From Oligoflexia bacterium (GTDB lineage: Bacteria; Bdellovibrionota; UBA1018), in the NCBI GenBank assembly GCA_963758495.1, contig CAVWVI010000004.1:896001-960000 (forward strand): a stretch of DNA of 64,000 bases, given 5' to 3'. Each line of letters starts with the position of its first letter. The stretch's first letter is position 1. Of this stretch, positions 17,261-26,622 are shown one piece after another. Position numbers and translations under genes: made by a program. Below the pieces are notes generated by a model that ran no database searches, was not told where the DNA came from, and saw only the letters and a list, made by a program, of their open reading frames with translations.

Positions 17261-19246
17261 GTGAACTTTAGTGTTCGTGATGGAAGATTTGATGTTGCTG
17301 TTGTAGCCGGTCCACGAGTCGAAATTTGGCCGTCGGCGGGGGTACGTATTCTTTCAGTTCTTTGTGCTGAAATGGGACTTACGGTTGGACAATTTGGCGG
17401 CGAATCTCTCACCGTGCGTGGAGTCATTCCATTACCGGGAACGGGTGGAATTGTGCTCATTGAAGATGTCCAAAGAAGGATTCATCGAATCCACGCGAGA
17501 GCCATAGTTCGTGTTATTTCAGAATCTACCTTTCCTGAATTATTTCCGGGTTGGTACTCTCAGGGAGTCATTACCCTAGCCACTGCAGAGAGACTTCGTG
17601 CTGAAAGTCATATTCAATGGAATCCCTGTACTGTCCTGCTAGGCACCGGCAACCGCGCATTACGATTTGGGAGTAGCTTACTTGAATCTGGATCTTCAGA
17701 AGTATTTTGTGTGGAGAGCTATGCGCAATGGGGCGCAAAACGCTTTGCGGGTTGGGAAGTAGAACGACGCCGTTTTGAAATGGCAGGGGGTAAACTCATT
17801 GAAGCCAAACCCCTTCAGCTGATCCCAAATGGCCCCATGCTCTGGCAATTACGACTTCGAGACTCTCAGGGTATCCGAGTGTTAGATGTAGCACGAGTTG
17901 TTTCCGCTGGACCTTTTCAAGATCTTCCAGGAGTCAAAGAACATCCTCCAGGCTCTTTTCTTTTTGAGCTCAGCCAAACGGCCCCAATCACTCATGCAGA
18001 AGACGTAGAGGGTTGGGCATTGGAAGAAGAAAGAGGCAATTGGCTAGCAAGTAAAATTGTCAAAGCTCTTGTTACTGAATTTACCACTTCACAAAAAGAA
18101 AAATTAGATCAAATCTCTCGAAGAACTCGCAGAAGATTGAAACGCCATTTGAGACACAGAGAAAATCCTTTCACTCCTGCTTACCAAGGTAAGTGGATTG
18201 AGGTCAGTGACGCAAAGAGAATCCGTTCATTCAAAGGAGTTCCCCAAAAAGAACATCTGACTCGCACTGTAGCTTCCATTGAATGTTTTGAAGAAATCCC
18301 CTGCACACTCTGTCACAAAGCCTGCCCGACCTCTGCAATTCAAATAGGAAAGACTTCCAAAAGTAAAGAAATGAATTTAAATGAATCTGCCTGCACCGCA
18401 TGTGGCCTCTGCCTGACTGCGTGTCCAAGCGGCTCTATAGCCATGATTCGAGAGGAAGAAGATCGATCCGTTTCTCAAATTACCCTCCCTTGGCGAGGAT
18501 CAAAGCCTTGGTCTGCCAATGAATTTGCCACTTTGGTGAATCGCCGTGGTGAAAGCCTCTGCACTGGACGAATTACTGAAATTGTAGAAGTGGCAGAATC
18601 ATCAAAATTTTCAGAATCTTCAGAATCTAAAGACAAAAAAGTTCAGTTACTTCAAGTCGAAGTCCCCACTCACTTACTCTGGGAAGCAAGGGGTTTAAAA
18701 CGGGGACGATTACCGGCTTCTTCCGATGAAGCCTACCTAGCCGCAGTTGACCAATCTTCTCACTCAGAGAAGAAAATAGAAATAACCCTCAATGGAGAAA
18801 AACGCCTCGTTCGTGATCGTCTTGCAATTTCTTTGGCACTTTATGAAATGGGACAATGGAGAACCAACGACGTATTGTTCTGCAAAGATGGAAGCTGTGG
18901 TCTCTGTCAAATTTCAGTAGATGGTATCACAAAACTCGCTTGTCAAACTCGAATCCATCGAGGTATGGCGATACGCATCTCTGAGCCCTCCACACCTTCA
19001 TCTCAAGAAGAATTTATTTGCCCATGCCTTGGAATCACACAGTCTGATGTCTTAGAGCGCCTTAAACAAGGAAAACTCCACTCACCTGAAGCAGTCTTAT
19101 CTGTCACCCACGTCGGAGAAGGAAAATGCCACGGCCAGCTTTGTATGGAAAACTTTAGGCGAGTGTTACTGGACCAAGGCTTACCGGTAGCTCAGTGGAT
19201 TGATTGGCGATTTCCGTGGTCCGATTGGATTTTGAACCATAATTAA
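17261..19246 (+). CDS. Fusion protein: pyridine nucleotide-disulfide oxidoreductase-like + 2x[4Fe-4S] ferredoxin + [2Fe-2S] + BFD-like [2Fe-2S] domains
   Basis: LLGTGNRAL; CFEEIPCTLCHKACP; CTACGLCLTACP; LFCKDGSCGLC...ACQT; ICPCLGIT...GEGKCHGQLC...RFP. Same modules as sarcosine/opine/proline dehydrogenase complexes. Confidence 0.8.
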   Translation: MNFSVRDGRFDVAVVAGPRVEIWPSAGVRILSVLCAEMGLTVGQFGGESLTVRGVIPLPGTGGIVLIEDVQRRIHRIHARAIVRVISESTFPELFPGWYSQGVITLATAERLRAESHIQWNPCTVLLGTGNRALRFGSSLLESGSSEVFCVESYAQWGAKRFAGWEVERRRFEMAGGKLIEAKPLQLIPNGPMLWQLRLRDSQGIRVLDVARVVSAGPFQDLPGVKEHPPGSFLFELSQTAPITHAEDVEGWALEEERGNWLASKIVKALVTEFTTSQKEKLDQISRRTRRRLKRHLRHRENPFTPAYQGKWIEVSDAKRIRSFKGVPQKEHLTRTVASIECFEEIPCTLCHKACPTSAIQIGKTSKSKEMNLNESACTACGLCLTACPSGSIAMIREEEDRSVSQITLPWRGSKPWSANEFATLVNRRGESLCTGRITEIVEVAESSKFSESSESKDKKVQLLQVEVPTHLLWEARGLKRGRLPASSDEAYLAAVDQSSHSEKKIEITLNGEKRLVRDRLAISLALYEMGQWRTNDVLFCKDGSCGLCQISVDGITKLACQTRIHRGMAIRISEPSTPSSQEEFICPCLGITQSDVLERLKQGKLHSPEAVLSVTHVGEGKCHGQLCMENFRRVLLDQGLPVAQWIDWRFPWSDWILNHN

Positions 19247-20201
19247 TTTCGGCCAAAAATCTTTCAATTTTTAGATTCACAAGATCAGGCAAGTCCATTT
19301 GTGGACAATGACTTCCATGCCGAATAATTTCAAGTTGACTCCCAGGAATGAGCTGATGAAGCAATTCCTGCTGTCCAACTGGAATTAACTTATCCTGCTC
19401 TCCCGCAATAATCATCGTGGGCTTTTGAATCGTATGGAGCCAGGCTGTAGCATCATAAGAATCATAATTTTCGATTAAATGAATTAATATTGCAGGATCT
19501 GTATCTGCCACTTGGTCAACATACAGCTCGATGTCTGCCTGAGGAGTTAAGTGTGGGTTAAAACCTCCTAATGAAACCAGAGTCCGCGCAAAAGGATTGC
19601 CTTTTTGAAGCTTCCAAAACAGAGAAAATAAATGAGGTGATTTTCGATAGAGTGATTTTAAAATCTTAAAACCCGCTTGAAAAATATTATGATTAAAAAT
19701 CGTTTCGAGAGGACGCTGTGCTGTTCCGTTCGCCAAAACCATCCCTGCAACTCGTTTAGGTTGTTGCCTATAAAACTCAAGAACAACATTCACACCCATG
19801 CTGTGTCCTAGTAAAATAGCATCTTCTATATTCAATTCATCAAGAACCGTCCCCAAGTCTCGTGCAATATTCTCCAAACTCAAACTATCTAAATTTTTAG
19901 GAACTTCAGAGTTCTGATGACCGCGGTAGTCAAACCAAATCGCCTGATGGGTATTTTGAAAGTGCTCTATCTGATAGGTCCAATGTAAACTTGAACAAAC
20001 TAATCCATAGCAAAAAACAAGCGGTTTTCCTTTTCCTTCAATACTGTAAAAAAGTTTTGTTCCATCAAAACTCTTTACATAACCATGCGAAACAGGCGGT
20101 CGACTCGCTGAACGGGCGCCTTTCTCCTGCTTATTGCCCTCCGCATTGCTTTTCTTGCGCGCCCCCAACGGGCGAGGCTTGATTGGTAATTGAATTTGCA
20201 T
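19155..20201 (-). CDS. Alpha/beta hydrolase
   Basis: SFDGTKLFY, DYRGH, nucleophile elbow GHSMG, GEQDKLIP, GSHCPQMD (Ser-Asp-His triad). Confidence 0.92.
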   Translation of the reverse strand: MQIQLPIKPRPLGARKKSNAEGNKQEKGARSASRPPVSHGYVKSFDGTKLFYSIEGKGKPLVFCYGLVCSSLHWTYQIEHFQNTHQAIWFDYRGHQNSEVPKNLDSLSLENIARDLGTVLDELNIEDAILLGHSMGVNVVLEFYRQQPKRVAGMVLANGTAQRPLETIFNHNIFQAGFKILKSLYRKSPHLFSLFWKLQKGNPFARTLVSLGGFNPHLTPQADIELYVDQVADTDPAILIHLIENYDSYDATAWLHTIQKPTMIIAGEQDKLIPVGQQELLHQLIPGSQLEIIRHGSHCPQMDLPDLVNLKIERFLAEINYGSKSNRTTEIANQSTELPVSLGPVTLA

Positions 20202-20274
20202 AGACCCACCTTTACTGTCTCAATGAACACACGCCCCTAGTATCACAAGTGGGCCATGATCGGCCACCCGAAGT

Positions 20275-20727
20275 TCACGGGGTATGCAGAGTTACTTTAG
20301 GTAACTTTAAAATACTTTCACAAATAGTCGCAAAGGCTTGACGGGTCTTTGGGTCAGCGGATCGATAAGCATCATAAACGTTCTTCATTAATTCATAATC
20401 AGTAGTGGACACTACCAAGTTAGGTAGATCTACCGCTCCATTCTTTTGTCCATCATCGGAGGTTCCTAAGCGCATATTGAGCTTGAGAGCATATTCTTTT
20501 TCCAGAAGTGCTTTCATCTCAGCATTACTCGCCTGCAAGGCTTTCGCCAACATCGGAATGTGAGAAGGCGGCAAAGGAGTCACTCCCCTTTCTACATTCG
20601 AAATGAATTGAGTGGTCACTGGAGGGTCAAAAAGAAGCCCCAACGCTCGTTGAGACATTCCTAATAACTCTCTACGTTTTTTGATGAAATCGCCTACCAA
20701 CTTTAATCTTTCAGATGATTCAATCAT
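20275..20727 (-). CDS. XRE-family helix-turn-helix transcriptional regulator
   Basis: GDFIKKRRELLGMSQRALG...QFISNVERGVTPLP. Confidence 0.88.
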   Translation of the reverse strand: MIESSERLKLVGDFIKKRRELLGMSQRALGLLFDPPVTTQFISNVERGVTPLPPSHIPMLAKALQASNAEMKALLEKEYALKLNMRLGTSDDGQKNGAVDLPNLVVSTTDYELMKNVYDAYRSADPKTRQAFATICESILKLPKVTLHTP

Positions 20728-20866
20728 ATCTATATATAATAATGCAGAGCATTAATCTTGTCAATTGAGCTTATATAAATATCTGTTATATATTGATATT
20801 GTCTCTATAATTAATTGAAATACTTAGTAAATAAATTAAGTATACCCACCCAACAACACACTTAAG

Positions 20867-20901
20867 CCAGGCCTAAACCAGGGCCTAAACCAGGGCCTAA
20901 A
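20867..20901. repeat. Short tandem repeat, about 3 x 12 bp (CCAGGGCCTAAA)
   Basis: ccaggcctaaa-ccagggcctaaa-ccagggcctaaa in the divergent intergenic region. Confidence 0.85.
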
Positions 20902-20977
20902 AAGACATTTTGACTTTTATCCAGTTTTTCTGTACAGGTCACCACACATTACTGTGTGATGAAATGGGGACGGTTCA

Positions 20978-21865
20978 ATGAATGCTTTATTGAAAAAATC
21001 ATTATTTTATATATTCTTTTTGTATCTTATTTTTATAAATTCAGCGCCTAGCTTTGCTGAAAATAAACGTGATTTTATCGTCGTGAGTGACGTTGACGAT
21101 ACCCTTAAAATCACCAATGTACCTTCTTATTATGAATCCTTAAAAAATTTAATTATGGGCACAGATACTTTTTTGGGTATGAAAGAATTATTTGAAGCCT
21201 TTCAACACCATACCGACTCTTTTAATTATCTCAGTGGATCACCTCAGTACTTTCTAGAAAGTACAAAACATGCCCTTTTGGACCTAAATGGCCTGCCTCC
21301 TGGTACTTTCATATTTAATAATTGGTACAATTGGGTAGCAACTTTTGATTTTAAAACCCATGAGCTCAATCAGTTGGCCGCAAAATTCAAACAGCCCTTT
21401 TTAGTCTTGGGAGACAATACTCAATACGACGCTTCAGTATTTGTCAAATTTCAATCTAACCTCAATAAAATAAATTCGGATAGACCTCTTCAAGCTTATA
21501 TTCATTTAATTTCAAATGAAGACGAACTACCGATTCGAGCTCAACTTCCCAAAGTATTTAAAGCCCCGAATAAAGACTTACCCGTGAGCCGCTTCATGCC
21601 ATACTCAACTGCATTTGATATTGCTCTGAATGAAGTTGAAGCCGGTAGACTCACAGAGGAGGAAGCCATCGTTATCGGAAAATCTATACTCCAGGCTAAT
21701 AAACCCGACTTACTCATTCCTTCCTATGTGTATTGCCCAGTCCATGTAAATTACTTTTTGGGTAATACCTCAAGTAAGAATAAGGAGCTGGTTGAGCTCA
21801 GCGAAAATTTCGCAGCTTATGTGGAATCAATGTGCGTAGAGCGTAGCACAGATTTGACAAACTGA
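20978..21865 (+). CDS. Secreted App1/DUF2183-like HAD-type phosphatase (phosphatidate phosphatase family)
   Basis: Signal peptide ending PSFA; VSDVDDTLKIT (DxDDT), YLSGSP, K, LGDNTQYD motifs. Confidence 0.78.
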   Translation: MNALLKKSLFYIFFLYLIFINSAPSFAENKRDFIVVSDVDDTLKITNVPSYYESLKNLIMGTDTFLGMKELFEAFQHHTDSFNYLSGSPQYFLESTKHALLDLNGLPPGTFIFNNWYNWVATFDFKTHELNQLAAKFKQPFLVLGDNTQYDASVFVKFQSNLNKINSDRPLQAYIHLISNEDELPIRAQLPKVFKAPNKDLPVSRFMPYSTAFDIALNEVEAGRLTEEEAIVIGKSILQANKPDLLIPSYVYCPVHVNYFLGNTSSKNKELVELSENFAAYVESMCVERSTDLTN

Positions 21866-21983
21866 TATTTTGAGATCGCCTAAGACTTTTCTTGACTCCA
21901 AGAATCAGATCAACTATCCCCTGCTTAATTGCGATGTCACTCATTGCAATACAACTGATCGCAATTCTCGGCGTGGGGGCAAG

Positions 21984-23546
21984 ATGATTTGTGAAATTTT
22001 AATATCTAAGTTTTCAAAGGCTAAATTTTCATTTGGATGGGTTGTAGTTCTTCTCAGCCTGAGCTTCAGTCTGAACTCCACCCTATGCAACGCGATGGAA
22101 GCTCCGGGGCCTCGATTGTCTTATGGAAATATCCTTTGGGGTCAGTATCCTGAAATACTCAAAGTAGGCGTCACTTTCTATTTAGAAAAAATGGCAAAAA
22201 AGTATGGCCCTGACGGTACCCCTGTTAAAATTTCAATGGGGCCTCTCAGCACTCTATTTGTTGTATCTCACCCGGACGATATCCACCAAATTCTCTCTGG
22301 TGACCTTAAAGATAAATTTAAAAAAGGCTATAGCGCAAAAACACTGTCTGATTACCTTCTTGGCAATGGAGTCGGAGTTATAGAAACGAATGATATTTAT
22401 CGAAGTATTAAAAACTATATGCACCGCTACCTTTTACAGAGAGGAGTAAAAGGATATTTTAGTGAAATGGTGGACCAGTCCAAAAGATTTGTAAAAAGTC
22501 TCCAGCTCAAGCGAGCTAGCTTAAATGGTGAGGCCATTGATATTGAAAAAGAAGTGACTGCTTTTGCGATAAGAAATGTTTCTAACAGTATGTTTCACTT
22601 TGATATCCCCTATAACAAAGAAGGTGATGAGAAAGCCGATCAAATCAGCTCTTCAATCAAGACTGTGCTTGATTTTATAGCCTACAAAATAACCATTCCT
22701 TTTTCGATGCCTCTCTTTATCAACACGCAGGCCAATCGTGACTATAAAAAATCAGTCGAACAGATTAAAAAAATCGTGTCCGAAATGATAGTCAATGATG
22801 AAAACAATAGAGAGGTTGACGGAAATGAAGCGAACGACACTTTGCTTCGAGCTCTGCAAAATGCACAAGAAAATGGACTCCCTGATTCTACAGACCAATC
22901 CCGAGTACTTCCATTCACAGGAAATGACCTCTATGATCAAGTCATTTCTATTTTCTTTGCTGGACATGACACCACCTCACATTTAATGACCATGGCGATC
23001 TACCATCTTTTTCAAAACCCCAATGTTCGTGAAAAATTAGTCGCAGAACTCCGAGAAAAACTGGGCCCCTCCATGGAGCTCCAGGGTCCTGAACAATTAT
23101 CAAGTCACCATCTCCCCTATCTGGATAGCTTCTTAAAAGAAGTTTTAAGACTCGACTCTCCAGTGCCTGGAATTGCACGTGACGCTCAAGAGACGGTCTC
23201 CTTAAGAGGGTATAAAATTAGTAAAGGCTCTTCCGTTTTTCTCTCTTTTAATTCTCTTCACCGACTGAACTCATATTGGGACAATCCTAATACTTTTGAT
23301 CCTGAACGATTTATGCCGAACAATTCACAAATAAAAAGGCCTTTAAGATCATTTTCCCCCTTTGGCGGAGGGGAAAGAAAATGCATGGGTGAATTTTTTG
23401 CGATGCAAGAGGCTAAAATCTTGATGGTTCAACTCTTGGCAAGTGATCTCCATTTTCAATTGGTGGAGAATGCCAAAATTGAGCCTGTCTTTTATTGCAC
23501 CATTAAGCTAGCCAATGGCTTACCGATGGTATTGTCGCAATACTAA
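21984..23546 (+). CDS. Cytochrome P450 with N-terminal signal/anchor segment
   Basis: AGHDTT I-helix, EVLR (ExxR), FDPERF, heme motif FGGGERKCMG; ATG 21984 preferred over TTG 21870. Confidence 0.95.
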   Translation: MICEILISKFSKAKFSFGWVVVLLSLSFSLNSTLCNAMEAPGPRLSYGNILWGQYPEILKVGVTFYLEKMAKKYGPDGTPVKISMGPLSTLFVVSHPDDIHQILSGDLKDKFKKGYSAKTLSDYLLGNGVGVIETNDIYRSIKNYMHRYLLQRGVKGYFSEMVDQSKRFVKSLQLKRASLNGEAIDIEKEVTAFAIRNVSNSMFHFDIPYNKEGDEKADQISSSIKTVLDFIAYKITIPFSMPLFINTQANRDYKKSVEQIKKIVSEMIVNDENNREVDGNEANDTLLRALQNAQENGLPDSTDQSRVLPFTGNDLYDQVISIFFAGHDTTSHLMTMAIYHLFQNPNVREKLVAELREKLGPSMELQGPEQLSSHHLPYLDSFLKEVLRLDSPVPGIARDAQETVSLRGYKISKGSSVFLSFNSLHRLNSYWDNPNTFDPERFMPNNSQIKRPLRSFSPFGGGERKCMGEFFAMQEAKILMVQLLASDLHFQLVENAKIEPVFYCTIKLANGLPMVLSQY

Positions 23547-23566
23547 GAATACCTTCTTACGAAACT

Positions 23567-25777
23567 TCAGTACGTCCCCAACCGATCAGACTCCAAGCTT
23601 CCTTCACGCTCCTGATAGCGCTTCAAGGTCAGATGCTCTGGTCCAGTCATTTCTGGATCAGTTCTCATCACCTCCATAGCATCATTTCTGGCTCTTAGCA
23701 GCCATTCGTGATCTCTCACTAAATTCGCCAATCGGAAAGGAAGCCCCCCTGCTTGGCGAGTGCCGAGAAATTCCCCAGGGCCCCTCAATTCCAAATCCGC
23801 TTCTGCTATTTTGAATCCATCATGGGTTTCCTCCAGCACTTCTAATCGCTGGGGGGTAGTGCCATCGGCTCTCTGATGCGTAAATAAAAAACAATAGGAC
23901 TGCAGCTTTCCTCTCCCTACCCTTCCTCTGAGCTGATGGAGTTGAGAAAGACCAAACCGTTCAGCATGCTCAATCACCATGATCGTCACATTGGGCACAT
24001 CCACCCCTACTTCTATGACGGTTGTAGAAACAAGAAGATGAACTTCACCTCGCTTGAATCTCTCCATAATTTTTGTTTTTTCATCTGGGCTGAGCTGACC
24101 ATGCAAAAGTCCCACTACAAACTCTGGAAAGACTTTCGTTGCCAACCGCTCAGCTTCGACGACAGCTGATTTAAGCTGAGTAAAACCTTCCGCTTCACTT
24201 TCATAAATTAAAGGATAAATCATATAGGCCTGTCGTCCCGCCTTTAATTCACTTTTAATCTGCTGGTAAACTTGTAATTTTTGAGGTTGGGTGCGCACTA
24301 CTTGAGTTTGCACAGGAGAACGTCCAGGTGGAAGCTCTCGAATCGTACTCACTGCTAAATCTCCAAATGCAGTCAATGCCAGAGTGCGCGGAATGGGTGT
24401 AGCCGTCAAAATCAAGGAATGGGGAAAAACAGTGCCTCCTCGAACTCCCTTTTGTTTCAATGCCCTACGCTGCTCCACTCCAAATCGATGTTGTTCATCA
24501 ATCATGACAAAAGCTAGATTCGCAAAAATAATAGGATCTTCTATCAGAGCATGTGTGCCAATTAAGAAAATGGATTCCCCCGACGACAATCGTTTTTGGA
24601 GCTGAGTCCGTTCAGACGAAGAAGTCTTTCCGGTCAGTAATGCCACATTCAATTCCCCATTAAATAATTTGAGTGCATTTTTGTAATGCTGATCAGCTAA
24701 GATTTCTGTAGGAGCCATCAGAGCCACTTGCCCCCCCTCTGCCAAAACACATCCTGCTGCCAAAAACGCGACTGCTGTCTTTCCTGCACCTACATCCCCT
24801 TGCACCAATCGGTTCATAGGATGAGGCTCTTTGAAGTCTTCTAAAATATCTTTTAATGCTTGATCCTGACCCCGAGTTAACTGGAACGGGAGCATTTTTA
24901 ATAAGGCAGCAATCTTACCCTTGCCCTTTTCAAAACCAAAACAAGTCGAGACTGTTCGTTGAGTATGAATCCTCTTTCTCAACATCTGGTATTCAAATTT
25001 AAAAAACTCTCCGTAAATAATACGATGATGCGCTGGAGTATCAGACGCTGAAAGTTTCGCAAGGTCAAACCCATCTCCATCAGGAGGGAAGTGCAATGCC
25101 CGCACCGCAAATGCAACCGAAGGAAGAGACCATCGATCGAGTAAATACGAGGGAATATCTTCAGGTAGAGTATTGCCATACTTCTCCAAAGCTTCCCACA
25201 GGACTTTCCGCAGGGTTCGACTCGGAATTTCTTCGATTTCTGTATAGACAGGAACAACTCGTCCTACATTATGGTTAGATTCGACCTCGCCCGCATCAGT
25301 ACTCACACCCCAGGTCATTTCGGGATGAATGATTTCAGCTTTTCCCTGGTAAATTTTCACTTTGCCAGTCACCACTAACTGAGCACCTGGAACCATTCTC
25401 TTTTCCAACCCACCTGGGGGATGAAACCACTTTAAATTCAAAATTCCAGTTTCATCCTCACATCGGACTTCCAACATGGAACGCCCTAGTTTTCGAATGA
25501 GAATTTGTTTTGAATGAAGCACTTTTACGGCAAGAGTCGCTTTAACTCCTTCTGCAAGATGGGATATTTTGTGAAGTTGTGAACGATCCTCATAAGCCCG
25601 AGGAAAAAAATAAAGGAGATCTCTTACTGATTCAATATTTCGACTAGAAAATATTCCACCCAGTCGAGGGCCCACCCCCTTGACAAACTGGACCGCTGTA
25701 TCACATCCCTGGGGAGACGATGAATTATTCGTAACTGACTTTAATGATGTCGTAATGGATTTGGCCTTTGGGAGCAT
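23567..25777 (-). CDS. recG: ATP-dependent DNA helicase RecG
   Basis: [13 protein letters not shown] wedge domain, [47 protein letters not shown]. Confidence 0.98.
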   Translation of the reverse strand: MLPKAKSITTSLKSVTNNSSSPQGCDTAVQFVKGVGPRLGGIFSSRNIESVRDLLYFFPRAYEDRSQLHKISHLAEGVKATLAVKVLHSKQILIRKLGRSMLEVRCEDETGILNLKWFHPPGGLEKRMVPGAQLVVTGKVKIYQGKAEIIHPEMTWGVSTDAGEVESNHNVGRVVPVYTEIEEIPSRTLRKVLWEALEKYGNTLPEDIPSYLLDRWSLPSVAFAVRALHFPPDGDGFDLAKLSASDTPAHHRIIYGEFFKFEYQMLRKRIHTQRTVSTCFGFEKGKGKIAALLKMLPFQLTRGQDQALKDILEDFKEPHPMNRLVQGDVGAGKTAVAFLAAGCVLAEGGQVALMAPTEILADQHYKNALKLFNGELNVALLTGKTSSSERTQLQKRLSSGESIFLIGTHALIEDPIIFANLAFVMIDEQHRFGVEQRRALKQKGVRGGTVFPHSLILTATPIPRTLALTAFGDLAVSTIRELPPGRSPVQTQVVRTQPQKLQVYQQIKSELKAGRQAYMIYPLIYESEAEGFTQLKSAVVEAERLATKVFPEFVVGLLHGQLSPDEKTKIMERFKRGEVHLLVSTTVIEVGVDVPNVTIMVIEHAERFGLSQLHQLRGRVGRGKLQSYCFLFTHQRADGTTPQRLEVLEETHDGFKIAEADLELRGPGEFLGTRQAGGLPFRLANLVRDHEWLLRARNDAMEVMRTDPEMTGPEHLTLKRYQEREGSLESDRLGTY

Positions 25778-26204
25778 GTACGATCACTTCATCTCCTGGA
25801 AGCTTCCCGATCAAGGCCCGAGCAATGGGAGAAGTGATTCCAATTTTGCCATTTTTAATATCGGCTTCATCGACACCGACAATCGTATAAGTCATCTTTT
25901 TGAGACTTTCTTGATCTTGAAGCTCAACAGTAGCTCCAAAGACAACTTTTTCAGACTTAATAGTAGAAGGATCGATTACCTGAGCGCGAGCAAGCTTGCC
26001 ATTAATATCTTGAATGCGACCTTCAATGAATCCCTGTCTTTCTTTAGCTGCGGAATAATCTGCATTTTCAGAAAGATCTCCATGGCCTCGAGCCACCTCA
26101 ATTGCTTTGACGATAGTAGGTCGCTCTACAGTCATCAACTGCTTGAGTTCTTCTTCTAAAAGACGTTTGCCTTTGACGGTCATTGGAAACTTCTCTTCAG
26201 CCAT
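25725..26204 (-). CDS. greA: Transcription elongation factor GreA
   Basis: [41 protein letters not shown]; start set at ATG 26204. Confidence 0.97.
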   Translation of the reverse strand: MAEEKFPMTVKGKRLLEEELKQLMTVERPTIVKAIEVARGHGDLSENADYSAAKERQGFIEGRIQDINGKLARAQVIDPSTIKSEKVVFGATVELQDQESLKKMTYTIVGVDEADIKNGKIGITSPIARALIGKLPGDEVIVHAPKGQIHYDIIKVSYE

Positions 26205-26322
26205 AGATAAAAGGACTAACACAGCCCGAGGAAAAATTAAAGATCTTCGGAAAAAATGGGTTATTCCTTAATTTTTAAGTCTATTTTTAAGTCAAACTTT
26301 TAAATCATTTTCTAAAAGGCAG

Positions 26323-26622
26323 TTATTTTTTCTTAAATAACGCTTCGGCTGCAGACCTCATGGCATCTTTTGTCTGATTTACATCTCCTGCCTTGGAGGA
26401 GTTCGGCTTGAAATAATCGCAGAAATTAGACCTTTCCTTTTCTACGACTCTCTCAGCCTGATTTTCTTGACACTCATTATTATAAGTTTTGTCATAAAAG
26501 ATGCAACCTTTGCACACTTTTGTATCTCTTCCACATTTTTTGCAAGTATCGGATCTTCCATAATCAAGAATGGAGAGTTCAAAACCACAATTCCAACAAG
26601 TACCCCCTTTTCCAAATGTCAT
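26323..26622 (-). CDS. Small Cys-rich (zinc-binding) conserved hypothetical protein
   Basis: CWNC, CKKC, CKGC, C...[18 protein letters not shown] overlap with the carB stop. Confidence 0.75.
   Translation of the reverse strand: MTFGKGGTCWNCGFELSILDYGRSDTCKKCGRDTKVCKGCIFYDKTYNNECQENQAERVVEKERSNFCDYFKPNSSKAGDVNQTKDAMRSAAEALFKKK

Noticed and set aside
25680..26159. 159-aa plus-strand ORF and the many other 60-135 aa ORFs overlapping known genes
   Set aside because: Antisense or alternate-frame shadows of well-supported genes, with no motifs or RBS support.
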